DNA of 61,200 bases from a virus. Its lineage: Duplodnaviria; Caudoviricetes. The stretch is taken from positions 1 to 61,200 of IMG/VR virus record IMGVR_UViG_3300048574_000463. One strand, written 5' to 3'. This document shows, piece after piece, positions 54,601 through 61,200 of the stretch. Every line of letters begins with the position of its first letter. The first letter of the stretch is position 1. The position numbers and the translations under genes were made by a program. The notes beneath the pieces were generated by a model that was not told where the DNA came from, did no database searches, and saw only the letters and a list, made by a program, of their open reading frames with translations.

Positions 54601-56540
54601 TGCGCCCGCTGGTCGAGTCCGGCATCATGTCCAAGGAGACCTACGACGCCATCATCCATGCCCCGGAGAACGAATATTACTCGTCGTTCGCCAGGGAGAT
54701 GGACGACGTTGAGCGGCAGGTCATCGGCGACAAGGAGGTCGTGAAGCGGATCAAGGGATCCGACAAGCGCACCCTGCCTTCCATAGAATCGACCATCGCC
54801 AACATCGAGCGGACGGTCAGACTGGTCGAGCAGCAGAAGTTGCACCGCAACCTGCGAGACCTCAAAGACCTGACGCCGGACTTGGCCGAGGTCATCAAGC
54901 CCGTGAAGGCCGACCCCCGGTTCCCGCCGAAAAACGCCTTCCTGGTCTACGAGGACGGCAAGAAGAAGTATTACACCGCCCCGGCCGACGTGCTGAACGC
55001 CTTGCAGGGCGTCCACCCGGAAGAGGCGAACTTCGCAATGAAACTCCTGATGCCTGCGGCCAGGATGCTGCGCGCCGGGGCGACGTTGACCCTGGAGTTT
55101 GTGGGCCGCAACATGATCCGCGACCAGAAGAGTGCCTTTATCTACTCGAAATGGGGCTACATCCCTTATGTGGATTTCGCCAAGGGGCTTTTCCATATCC
55201 TGGGCGACACCGATATGTACCGGCGCTACCGCACGGCCGGGGCTGAACAGAGCTACTTTATCTCGCTCGATCGGCAGTTCGCCAACGTGACGGCCGAGGA
55301 TCTTGTCTCGAAGAAGCCCAGGTACATCAAGTACGTCAAAAACCCCATAGAGGCGCTGCGGGCGCTGTCGGAACTCTCTGAAAAGCCTACGCGAATGGGG
55401 GCGTTTGCTCGTGCGAAGAAAAACGGCGCGACGGACATCGAGGCCGCGCTCGAGGCGAGGGACGTGACGCTGGACTTCTCACGCATGGGGTCGCAGGTGC
55501 GGGCGCTTAACGCCATCATCCCGTTTTGGAACGCGCACGTCCAGGATGCGGACAAGACCACCCGCGTCTTTAAGGACAAGCCCGGGGTGACGCTGCTGAA
55601 ACTGGCGTTGGCCTCGACGCTCCCGGCTGTGATCCTCTGGGCGCTCCAGCACGATGATGATCGGTACAAGGAGCTTCCGGAGTGGCGCAAGAACCTCTTC
55701 TGGAACATCGTCGTGGGTGAAGGGAAAGATGCCTTCGTGTTCTCGCTGCCGAAGACCTTCTTCTTCGACGCGATCTTCGCCAGTCTGGTTGAGCGTATCC
55801 TGGACTACACGTTCCTGAACGACAAAGAGGCCATCGGCGAAGGGCTGCGCAACCTCGGCGTCATGGCGCTGCCCGGCGTGAACGTGACCGCCGTCACGCC
55901 GCTTATCGAGAATATGTCGAACTTCTCGTGGTTTCGGCAGGCCCCGCTCGAAAGCCGCTCCCTCCAGAACCTGCCAGAAGGCATGCGCGCAAACGCCGGT
56001 ACATCGGTCTGGGCTACGAAGATTGGCGGGATGATCAACGTCTCCCCCATCAAGCTGGACAACCTGCGCAGGGGTTGGACCGGAGGGCTCGGCGGGTATG
56101 TATCCGACGCGATAGACGTGGGGATTAACGCGATAGCGCCGGGGAGCTCCGGCGAGGCGGTAGGCAAGAACTGGTACGAGGCCCCGCTGGTCAAGGGGTT
56201 CATCTCCGGCAACCCGGCAATCAATGGAAAAAGTGTAGAAAAGTTCTATAAAACACTGCAAAACACGCAACAAACGAAGTACGGGTTGTCCGCGCTTCGC
56301 AAGAGCGGTAACCTTGCGGAGGCGGCTAGATTCAAAGCCGACAACGACAAGGACGTTCGTGCTGCGGCGTACATGGACAGCACCGCGCAGTATCTCTCCG
56401 CTCTGAACAAGCAGGCTGCTGCGGCCAGGAACAGCAAAGATTTATCGTCTACGGAAAAGCGGATACGGATAGAGGAAATTCAAACCAAGATGACCGAGCG
56501 TGCCGCGAAGGCGAACGACTGGTACGACGCGCTCAAATAA
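48648..56540 (+). CDS. Large polyvalent ejection protein (zincin, MuF-C-like, ART-PolyVal-like, LPD38-like domains)
   Basis: HEGGH...EE; VGTTP..L...DPVMVFDS...VNEVASVYGK; FKDWFGD..PLVVYHGT..FYFT..KNPL..GYDG..QIKS; Y.ELPEWRK..FW. Confidence 0.8.
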   Translation: MAAYPQTDDPAALARKQLIDRGTPAAPPTPPAVPDVSGLDDEQKSATLMGHFDTHVADDYFAKQPPERQERIRNNFYAQHAGGLRPGADSFNMDPDLRVKVAQSLPTPTAVKPLADVQAQAAPAETAAPAVPQTGRTAAQIILGQFADSNMPVNSMAFGGKMLHGAYQGLARSSIGTGKTVGELGVFAANRLPDGTPGKETVRDAGEAVSNYYDKQLEAYAPSDPDLRNGVNVVDKPELLLNPEYWAQGVGEMGGEIGQMMITGAGTAAKAMNSVGQKMVNVGGRMVPYTKEVAERAAQFGAAIMGGIFGGVKEGIMGTYGDLRKKEGWTEEQAAIAGTVQGASTVGLNAIGISALLKKLPAGSALTQGFSRILSAGTEAATETAEGGTDAYAKMLAKYLTGESPFPQDWADKIVQGVKDEVNVAGPAFLTGLLFGGGGGVEASSKKKPSWTPAETPTSGEGALTKREAVDYIEKTKQEVLSRDTKNEVKEQIIDALAEAGDDQKAKAAPVADELVTTGAVAPESANEWKQAEQVLDNGGDFLARLENELDAKETATAQTPALPSGKTEADTPLQEQAPTAQAPVAPELTPGVAERAQELDTRIANLTASINRVGEDNPQGQRFAARRQSFEAEKATLLEQAARAQEISQQTQRAREAGLLTDEGQGPFEPSRAVPLEDAAAPAPQAPRAAQDIQDRSMDWMDEPLPREVQDIDRRIQNLGSSVRQAGGETPLGQRLAAKQQELSAERNALLAALAQEREASTAPELRTPGAQLRADLRTQEAVSQLPSGEQQAMPQVPETPQASTPELQAMRQDYRRLEDGSLGEKLANARPSDKMPPLAGMSMKELRQEAKSLGVEVSRSLSNEDLRGQIEEARNLMGRAPRNEIEARAQAEQWGRSEKARIKGETEDPIVAEVMGRVHPGKVTPEQRKALASKYGPGIFSKNKRLEDGSTYNPGQGLDQLEMEGAIAHILPQAYGSDNLFTYLTESGRGTTAAAQAAEADIDAAVERMAEEWGERQKAPRTATATGPAPVTADAKVEEYGDARDDVPFHRTDKLGFFSQMGEVLEKPGMLPKVAKTGAEMAAVIGKHQKSGKFKGEELADSGIMEWLASIGGPVTRQDVLDEIQVRRVEVKEVVKGGDPEYVKTQTLHSFNINPAMREAILGGQPLYQKAKPSTAGSTVAAIEKAIKPLLVRLKGIADRVQVVQSYDDLPVGLYAAAKHANMIGGFDAVYWQGDIYLVADAMTAEEARGRYLGFILGHEGGHHVARMLFPDPAKRHEFFSAITKLAPEKVKAYLDKHGLKNTEANRIMAAEEVAVDMVGESLASMKGALKFRMQQFLAKLRKLLAQIMPERFEGASDQMLIDFVAGARAAIRRDGDVAYGLTEDAAYMRKSEAGAWAKQLQDFVAGKLPRGEVLTVGTTPKVLRILGAKKLKLVMPQRNAAKILKDKHKLPLETLKDIPRAIADPVMVFDSATMADSFVILTDLMVGGKPVLSAIHLNVPERHFSVNEVASVYGKDEGAKWVVAQISGGRLRYQNKKKASELRKSGVLQLHREFAVRGKGKIFTEADLVNPFDEENVDGLDFHRKDAERLAPNGKPAKLNAVQYAQVQAKEFKDWFGDWEKGEGSKVLDENGEPLVVYHGTRADFSTFKNSDGFRGFYFTRDPAYAEMKTSLANGRIMPVYLSIKNPLILDGPRSDPGTKSSLALRDNDIERLKRDGYDGIINTTYNEIVAFEPTQIKSATGNSGQFSKDNDDIRFHRKPANHQDDHDIAFDVPPSDWSSKDGIKKMLTRLYAKLVNRDQPVISLAATAGQAEKDAAIRQVGRMRGLGGITNEILAGKGIPTYWRDGEETKQHTTMSLKDILSQLGNRDTQYNYEVLRKGERMLALAKHRPELTPARKQQMLADIAYVKALYGATPTAAELKDMKQHIQDIRDSYAGGVKGVDEALWAKHLADLKAKIGDAEYVRLQRISRLHRKFEREAILRPLVESGIMSKETYDAIIHAPENEYYSSFAREMDDVERQVIGDKEVVKRIKGSDKRTLPSIESTIANIERTVRLVEQQKLHRNLRDLKDLTPDLAEVIKPVKADPRFPPKNAFLVYEDGKKKYYTAPADVLNALQGVHPEEANFAMKLLMPAARMLRAGATLTLEFVGRNMIRDQKSAFIYSKWGYIPYVDFAKGLFHILGDTDMYRRYRTAGAEQSYFISLDRQFANVTAEDLVSKKPRYIKYVKNPIEALRALSELSEKPTRMGAFARAKKNGATDIEAALEARDVTLDFSRMGSQVRALNAIIPFWNAHVQDADKTTRVFKDKPGVTLLKLALASTLPAVILWALQHDDDRYKELPEWRKNLFWNIVVGEGKDAFVFSLPKTFFFDAIFASLVERILDYTFLNDKEAIGEGLRNLGVMALPGVNVTAVTPLIENMSNFSWFRQAPLESRSLQNLPEGMRANAGTSVWATKIGGMINVSPIKLDNLRRGWTGGLGGYVSDAIDVGINAIAPGSSGEAVGKNWYEAPLVKGFISGNPAINGKSVEKFYKTLQNTQQTKYGLSALRKSGNLAEAARFKADNDKDVRAAAYMDSTAQYLSALNKQAAAARNSKDLSSTEKRIRIEEIQTKMTERAAKANDWYDALK

Positions 56541-56552
56541 GGAGACAGTACC

Positions 56553-56969
56553 ATGGCCGACATGATTTTCAACAGCTTCAAAGAGGGCATCGCGGACGGC
56601 ACCTTTGACCTGGACGGCGACACACTGAAGATCGCGCTTTTCACCTCGAGCTACACCCCGGACGCCACGGATGTCGTGTTCGCGGATCTGTCCAGTGAGG
56701 TGTCCGGCACCGGCTACACCGCTGGCGGCGCGACACTCTCCAGCGTCACCTGGACCCGCTCAGGTGGGACGGCCACGCTGGACGCGGCCGACCCGCAGTG
56801 GACCACGGCCAGCTTCGCGGCCCGGTACGCCGTGGTCTACAAGAGCGGCACGGCGAACAGCCTGACCAACCCGCTCATCTGCCTGCTGGATTTCGGGTCC
56901 GACAAGACCGTGACCAGCGGCACGTTCACCGTGTCGTTCAACGCCTCGGGCATCCTGACCTTGAGCTAG
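56553..56969 (+). CDS. Small virion structural subunit
   Basis: DLDGDTLKIAL, EVSGTGYTAGG, LDFG...V.SGTF; strong codon bias. Confidence 0.7.
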   Translation: MADMIFNSFKEGIADGTFDLDGDTLKIALFTSSYTPDATDVVFADLSSEVSGTGYTAGGATLSSVTWTRSGGTATLDAADPQWTTASFAARYAVVYKSGTANSLTNPLICLLDFGSDKTVTSGTFTVSFNASGILTLS

Positions 56970-56972
56970 ACA

Positions 56973-58205
56973 ATGCTTGACGCATGGGGGTCATCATCCT
57001 CCGCATGGTCGGGGGAATCGCAGGTATGGCAGCCGTCGTCCGGTGACGCGACGGCGGCTGTCTCCAGCCAGTCTCTGACGCTGACGATCCACTCGGCAAC
57101 TGCCCGTGCGGACGCCACGGTCGATGTGGGCGTAGTCTCGGTCGGCCTGACGGTCCATGCCGCGACCGCTGATCTCGCATCCGCTGTCACCGCCTCCGTT
57201 TCTACCGTCGGACTTACGCTGGCCGCTTACGTTTCCACGTCGCGTGCTGATGCGGCGGCCACGGCTTCTGACGTCGCCATGGTGTTGGCTGTCCACGGTG
57301 CGACCGTCGGGGTGTCCGCGTCCGTCACCGTCTCGGTCGGCACGGTCGCCCTGGTGTTGGCTCCGCAGGTAGCCGCCGTAGCCGGAGACGTGACGACATC
57401 GGTCGGCATGGTCGAACTCGTCCTTGCCGTCCACTCGCCGGATGTATCAACAGCGTCCTGGGTTATCGCCCCCGTTGGGTCCGTCTCCTTGTCCTTGGCC
57501 CCGCAAGGGGCCTTCGTGGAATGCTCGTCCACGGGCTCGGTCAACACGGTGCCCATGGGCTTGACGGCCCATTCGGCCACGGCCTCCGACGCCGTAAACG
57601 TAACCGTGTCCCCTCTGGCCATCAACGTGGCGGTGGGGGCCGCCTCCGTGTCGTCCTCTGTAGATGTGCCCTGTGGGGCCGTAGAAGCCTCTCTCGCGGC
57701 CTACGCCGCCAGCGTGGCCGTTGATGCCGCCCCTGCGGTTGGGGCCGTCAGTATGGTGCTCACAGCGCATACGCCGGGTGTCTCAGCGGGACTTACTGTT
57801 GATGTTGACACTGCGGTCTTGGCTCTGGCGGCGCGGGAAGCCTCGGTTGCTGTAGACGCTCTTGTCGAGTCAGGTTTGCTCAGCTTGTCGTTGTCGGTCC
57901 ATGTCGCGGCAGGCCGCCCGGTCAGCCGGGATGACATTTGGTTTGACGCGGCCGTCCTTGTCCTGGCGCTCACGCAACCACCAGCAGAGTACCGGGCCAC
58001 ACATCTGCGGGAGTGGATCCGCCTCCAATCCGCGCCCCCAGCGGCGAAGTCGCGCACATCAGCTCCTGGTTCAACAGGGAACCTGGGCGGCCGGGTCTTG
58101 GCGGTGAAGAACATTTTGAGCGGGGGGAACGCCTCCGCGCAAGCAGAGTCCCCCACACTGGAGATAAAACCTCTGCGGTCCCCCGTGGATCTTGTAGAGG
58201 CGTGA
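56973..58205 (+). CDS. Ala/Val/Ser-rich protein with about 14 repeats of 22-24 aa
   Basis: Repeating VxxVxLxLxxH/Q/Y units. Confidence 0.7.
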   Translation: MLDAWGSSSSAWSGESQVWQPSSGDATAAVSSQSLTLTIHSATARADATVDVGVVSVGLTVHAATADLASAVTASVSTVGLTLAAYVSTSRADAAATASDVAMVLAVHGATVGVSASVTVSVGTVALVLAPQVAAVAGDVTTSVGMVELVLAVHSPDVSTASWVIAPVGSVSLSLAPQGAFVECSSTGSVNTVPMGLTAHSATASDAVNVTVSPLAINVAVGAASVSSSVDVPCGAVEASLAAYAASVAVDAAPAVGAVSMVLTAHTPGVSAGLTVDVDTAVLALAAREASVAVDALVESGLLSLSLSVHVAAGRPVSRDDIWFDAAVLVLALTQPPAEYRATHLREWIRLQSAPPAAKSRTSAPGSTGNLGGRVLAVKNILSGGNASAQAESPTLEIKPLRSPVDLVEA

Positions 58206-58213
58206 GGTGAAAA

Positions 58214-58498
58214 ATGGGAAACATTTACGTCGGCGATGAGATCGCAATCGTTTTGGATGCGACCGTGGATGTCTCGGCCGCCACAGGTTGCGTGATCCTG
58301 GTGCTCGACCCGATGGGGAACGCCAAATCCTGGACGGCGACGCCAAGCGGGACCACGTTGACCTACGTCACCAGCGCGGCCGACCTCCCCGTCCCAGGCA
58401 AGTACCGGCTGCACGCCCAGTTCGACCTGGGGGGCGCGACCCGGCTGGGCGAGGAAACTTCGATCACAGTCCATGAGCTCTTTGGGGGTGTGGCATGA
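58214..58498 (+). CDS. Ig-like spike/fibre base protein (BppU-N-like)
   Basis: Y.GD, D.SAAT, P.G, YVT...DL..PG.Y. Confidence 0.55.
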   Translation: MGNIYVGDEIAIVLDATVDVSAATGCVILVLDPMGNAKSWTATPSGTTLTYVTSAADLPVPGKYRLHAQFDLGGATRLGEETSITVHELFGGVA

Positions 58499-60468
58499 GT
58501 GGGCTGCCGGCGACCTACGTCTCGGCCACGTCGTTTTCGGTCGCCGGGGATCTGACAGCGGATTTCGTGTCGGGCGTGCGGGTGCTGGCCGACTGCGGCG
58601 TTGACGGCACGCCCCTGGGCACGGTCACGGCGGCAAGCTACGCCGCCCCGAACACCACGGTCACGGTGGTCCTAGATTCCGGGGCGCTCACTGCGAATCT
58701 TACCCTTGCCTGGCACGGCAACGACATCCCGGCCAGCCTGTGCAATCACGCCAGCCAGCACATGATGGGCGGCCGCGACGCGATTGATCCAGAAGATATC
58801 GGGGCCATGCCCGCAGACCGGCGCGTGGACACCGTGGCCCCGCTACGCGGCGGCGGCAATCTGTGGGGCGATCTGGAATTTTGGGTTGACGACGCCAGTA
58901 CGGACGGTCCCGGGACGGTGAGGCTGGCCACGCCCGCCGAAGCCCTGGCCGGGACGGATGCGGCCCGGGTGCCGCCGCTTTCGGCCCTGCGGCAGGCCTA
59001 CCGGTCGTGGCAACGCGACGACGCCGGGCGGTTCCCGGGCCTGATCCTGCCCGCCTTCAACCTGTTTGCGCCGGGTCTGGCGCTGCCGGGCACGACGACG
59101 TTTTCCCGGGCGTCGAGCGGAACGTTTCGTGGTGCAGCGGGCATCATCAAAGTCGCGACGACGAACGTTCCCCGGTTTGAGTATGGGCCTGACGGGGATT
59201 TGCGGGGGCTTTTGATCGAGGCCGCCGCGACGAACCAGGCGCTGTACTCCAACATGTTCGAGGTGACGCACCGACTGGCGCTTACCTCCGTTTCAGGGAC
59301 GTTTGCCGTTGGTGAGACAGTCACGGGCGGAACCGGCTCGGGCGTGGTCGTCGCCTACTCGGCCGGGACAACGGCGTACCTGGGGTTGAAGACGGTAAGC
59401 GGCACGTTCTCCGGGACCGTGACCGGGGGAACGTCCGGGGCGACAGGGACGTACAGCGCGATTGCTGCCGTCCACGTCCATTCCAACATCACAGTCACAC
59501 CCAACGCGATTACCGGCCCTGATGGTGCGATGAACGCGGACAAGCTGTGCGAGTCGTCAACCAGTTCTGTGGCTCATGCGTGGGTGAGTGGAGCTTCGGC
59601 CATCACTGCTGGGGCTGTGTCCGCTTATCAGATTAAGATCAAAGCCGGAGAACGGACCGAAGGTAAATTCCAAGTCACAAACGCCGCCTATTCAAGCGGC
59701 GCGTATGCTGTTTTTAACCTCTCTGCTGGGACGGTGGGCGGTGTATCGTATCTGGGTACGGGGTCTGCCGGAATCGCGTCCATCAAGGATGCCGGAGACG
59801 GGTTTTGGCTGATTACGCTTTCCTGCATCGTTGACGCTTCGTCCGCGACGGCCCGGGCGTCAGTCACATTGTATTCTTCAGGCGCGGCAACGTATGCCGG
59901 GACAGTGGGATATGGTGTTTACATCTCTCATCTTCAAATAGAATCTGGCGCTATCCCGACCAGCTACATAGAGACTCTTGAATCTGCTGTGACAAGGGCG
60001 GCGGACGTTTGTAGTGTTGCGTTGTCCGGGATTGATTTCAACGCGAAAGAGGGGGCGGTATTCATCAAGGCGAGGACGCCAAGAGGGAGGCCGACAGTGG
60101 CGGAAGTCCTATTCATGATAGACGACGGTTCCGCCAGCAACAGAATATATATAAACAGGGGCGTTACTGGCGCAATCACTTTTACTGTTGATGTTGGAGG
60201 CTCCACAGTAGCCTCAATAGGAACGACTGTCATTGCTGACGACACGGACTTTACGTGCGTTGCATCGTGGAAGGCTGATGACTTCAAGCTATCGGTGAAT
60301 GGCGAAACGCCATTTACAGATTCTTCCGGAGCGCTCCCTTCGGGCCTTGTCGCCATGCGCCCTGGGCAACCCTCGTCTGCGGCGAACATGTGGCAGGGGC
60401 CGATCAAACATCTGGCCTTGATCCCACGCGCCCTCACGGCGGCGCAAGCCCAGGCCGTCGCCTTATAA
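58495..60468 (+). CDS. Spike/fibre receptor-binding protein
   Basis: FSRAS.GT, GLLIE...TN, QIESGAIPTSYI...VTRAAD, LamG-like C-terminus. Confidence 0.75.
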   Translation: MSGLPATYVSATSFSVAGDLTADFVSGVRVLADCGVDGTPLGTVTAASYAAPNTTVTVVLDSGALTANLTLAWHGNDIPASLCNHASQHMMGGRDAIDPEDIGAMPADRRVDTVAPLRGGGNLWGDLEFWVDDASTDGPGTVRLATPAEALAGTDAARVPPLSALRQAYRSWQRDDAGRFPGLILPAFNLFAPGLALPGTTTFSRASSGTFRGAAGIIKVATTNVPRFEYGPDGDLRGLLIEAAATNQALYSNMFEVTHRLALTSVSGTFAVGETVTGGTGSGVVVAYSAGTTAYLGLKTVSGTFSGTVTGGTSGATGTYSAIAAVHVHSNITVTPNAITGPDGAMNADKLCESSTSSVAHAWVSGASAITAGAVSAYQIKIKAGERTEGKFQVTNAAYSSGAYAVFNLSAGTVGGVSYLGTGSAGIASIKDAGDGFWLITLSCIVDASSATARASVTLYSSGAATYAGTVGYGVYISHLQIESGAIPTSYIETLESAVTRAADVCSVALSGIDFNAKEGAVFIKARTPRGRPTVAEVLFMIDDGSASNRIYINRGVTGAITFTVDVGGSTVASIGTTVIADDTDFTCVASWKADDFKLSVNGETPFTDSSGALPSGLVAMRPGQPSSAANMWQGPIKHLALIPRALTAAQAQAVAL

Positions 60469-60477
60469 GGAGCTGAT

Positions 60478-61200
60478 ATGATCGACGTTTGCTTGCATGC
60501 GCCCACGCGCGAGACGCTGATGGCGGACCTGACGTCCGTCGGTTTGGCGGCGGACGGCGAGGTGGTTGCGGCCGGACCGGATCATCATCTGTGGCTGGGC
60601 CGGGTGGTCGCAACGCCCGGCGTCGTGGACGCGGACGGCGTCCAGGTCGAGCCGGAGACGTATCTGCCGGGGTTCTATGCGGCGGTACGCTGCGGCCGCA
60701 CGACGGCCCGGGCGCTGGTCGCCACGCCGTGGACGTCGGGCATGACGACGGTGGATCGGCCGGAGGGCGTGCCGGTTTTGTCGGGAGAGGCGGAGTCTCT
60801 GGCGGCGGTCTCCAGGGCGGCCACGGCCAGGGGCGCGGTCGCCCTGGAGACGTTTTTGGCTCCGTACGCCCGGGAGTATGGGGCGCTGGAGCGCGATTCC
60901 TGGGCCACGCAACTAGCCGAGGCCAGGGCCTATGTGGCGGACGCGGCGGCGAACACGCCGTGGCTGACGGCGGCGGCGGCGTCCCGGGGAATGGACAAGG
61001 GGGCGTTTGCGGCGCGCATCCTGGCCAATGCGGCGGCCTGGGCCGCGTTCCAGGGGGCTGTGACCGGGCGACGGCTGGTCTGGCAGGACGTGGTGGATGG
61101 ACTGGTGGCGGACGTGGCGGCCGGGATCATGCACGAGGGCCGGGCGAAGCTGGAAATTTTGGCCCTGGATGATCCTGATTTTACGGGGGTGGCGGGATGA
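60478..61200 (+). CDS. Fibre-associated/chaperone-like protein
   Basis: ERDSWATQLAEA....TPWL..A..RG motif typical of genes following fibres. Confidence 0.55.
   Translation: MIDVCLHAPTRETLMADLTSVGLAADGEVVAAGPDHHLWLGRVVATPGVVDADGVQVEPETYLPGFYAAVRCGRTTARALVATPWTSGMTTVDRPEGVPVLSGEAESLAAVSRAATARGAVALETFLAPYAREYGALERDSWATQLAEARAYVADAAANTPWLTAAAASRGMDKGAFAARILANAAAWAAFQGAVTGRRLVWQDVVDGLVADVAAGIMHEGRAKLEILALDDPDFTGVAG

Larger units (their letters stand above)
1..61200. mobile_element. Temperate phage/prophage, probably podovirus-like
   Basis: Integrase/excisionase, divergent cI/cro, replication, terminase, lysis, portal, capsid and ejection genes in canonical modular order; no host housekeeping genes. 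Confidence 0.95.

Noticed and set aside
48648-56540. Tape-measure protein
   Set aside because: No tail tube, sheath or chaperone genes; the protein carries globular effector domains
58495-61200. Diversity-generating retroelement or invertible fibre cassette
   Set aside because: No reverse transcriptase, invertase, template/variable repeat pair or flanking inverted repeats found in the window
1-61200. tRNA/rRNA genes and att core repeats
   Set aside because: None recognised; the window begins and ends exactly at CDS boundaries

Overview
The whole window is one temperate phage/prophage of about 61 kb and high GC. It runs from the integrase start codon to the stop codon of the last virion gene; no att sites or host genes are inside. 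Gene order: int/xis; a leftward early operon (Rha, Sak4-like ATPase, SSB-like protein, SF2 helicase, PAPS-reductase-like protein, N4/N6 methyltransferase, DUF5131 radical-SAM-like protein, P-loop kinase fusion, ASCH-like protein); about 6 kb of lysogeny cargo (Fic, S49 protease, secreted nuclease, Cys-rich secreted protein, BRCT protein, PilX-like pilin-lectin); a cI/cro switch; a rightward early operon (CII-like, Cas4-like exonuclease, Toprim primase-helicase, RusA); terS, a 510-bp spacer, terL; lysis cassette; portal, scaffold, capsid; podovirus-type tail/ejection genes including a 2630-aa polyvalent protein; and a fibre module. No tail tube, sheath or tape-measure gene is evident, so podovirus morphology is inferred. 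The host is tentatively a Desulfovibrio-like bacterium (inference only). Most notable: a phage-encoded PilX-like pilin-lectin heading an envelope-targeted lysogeny cluster; a modular ejected polyvalent protein with recurrent F-H-R junctions; two parallel small-subunit plus repeat-ruler fibre modules; a dif-like site in the terS-terL spacer; a shared 13-bp operator at PL and PR; an unusual lysis cassette; and several methyltransferase stubs. All family calls come from motif recognition by eye; no searches were run.
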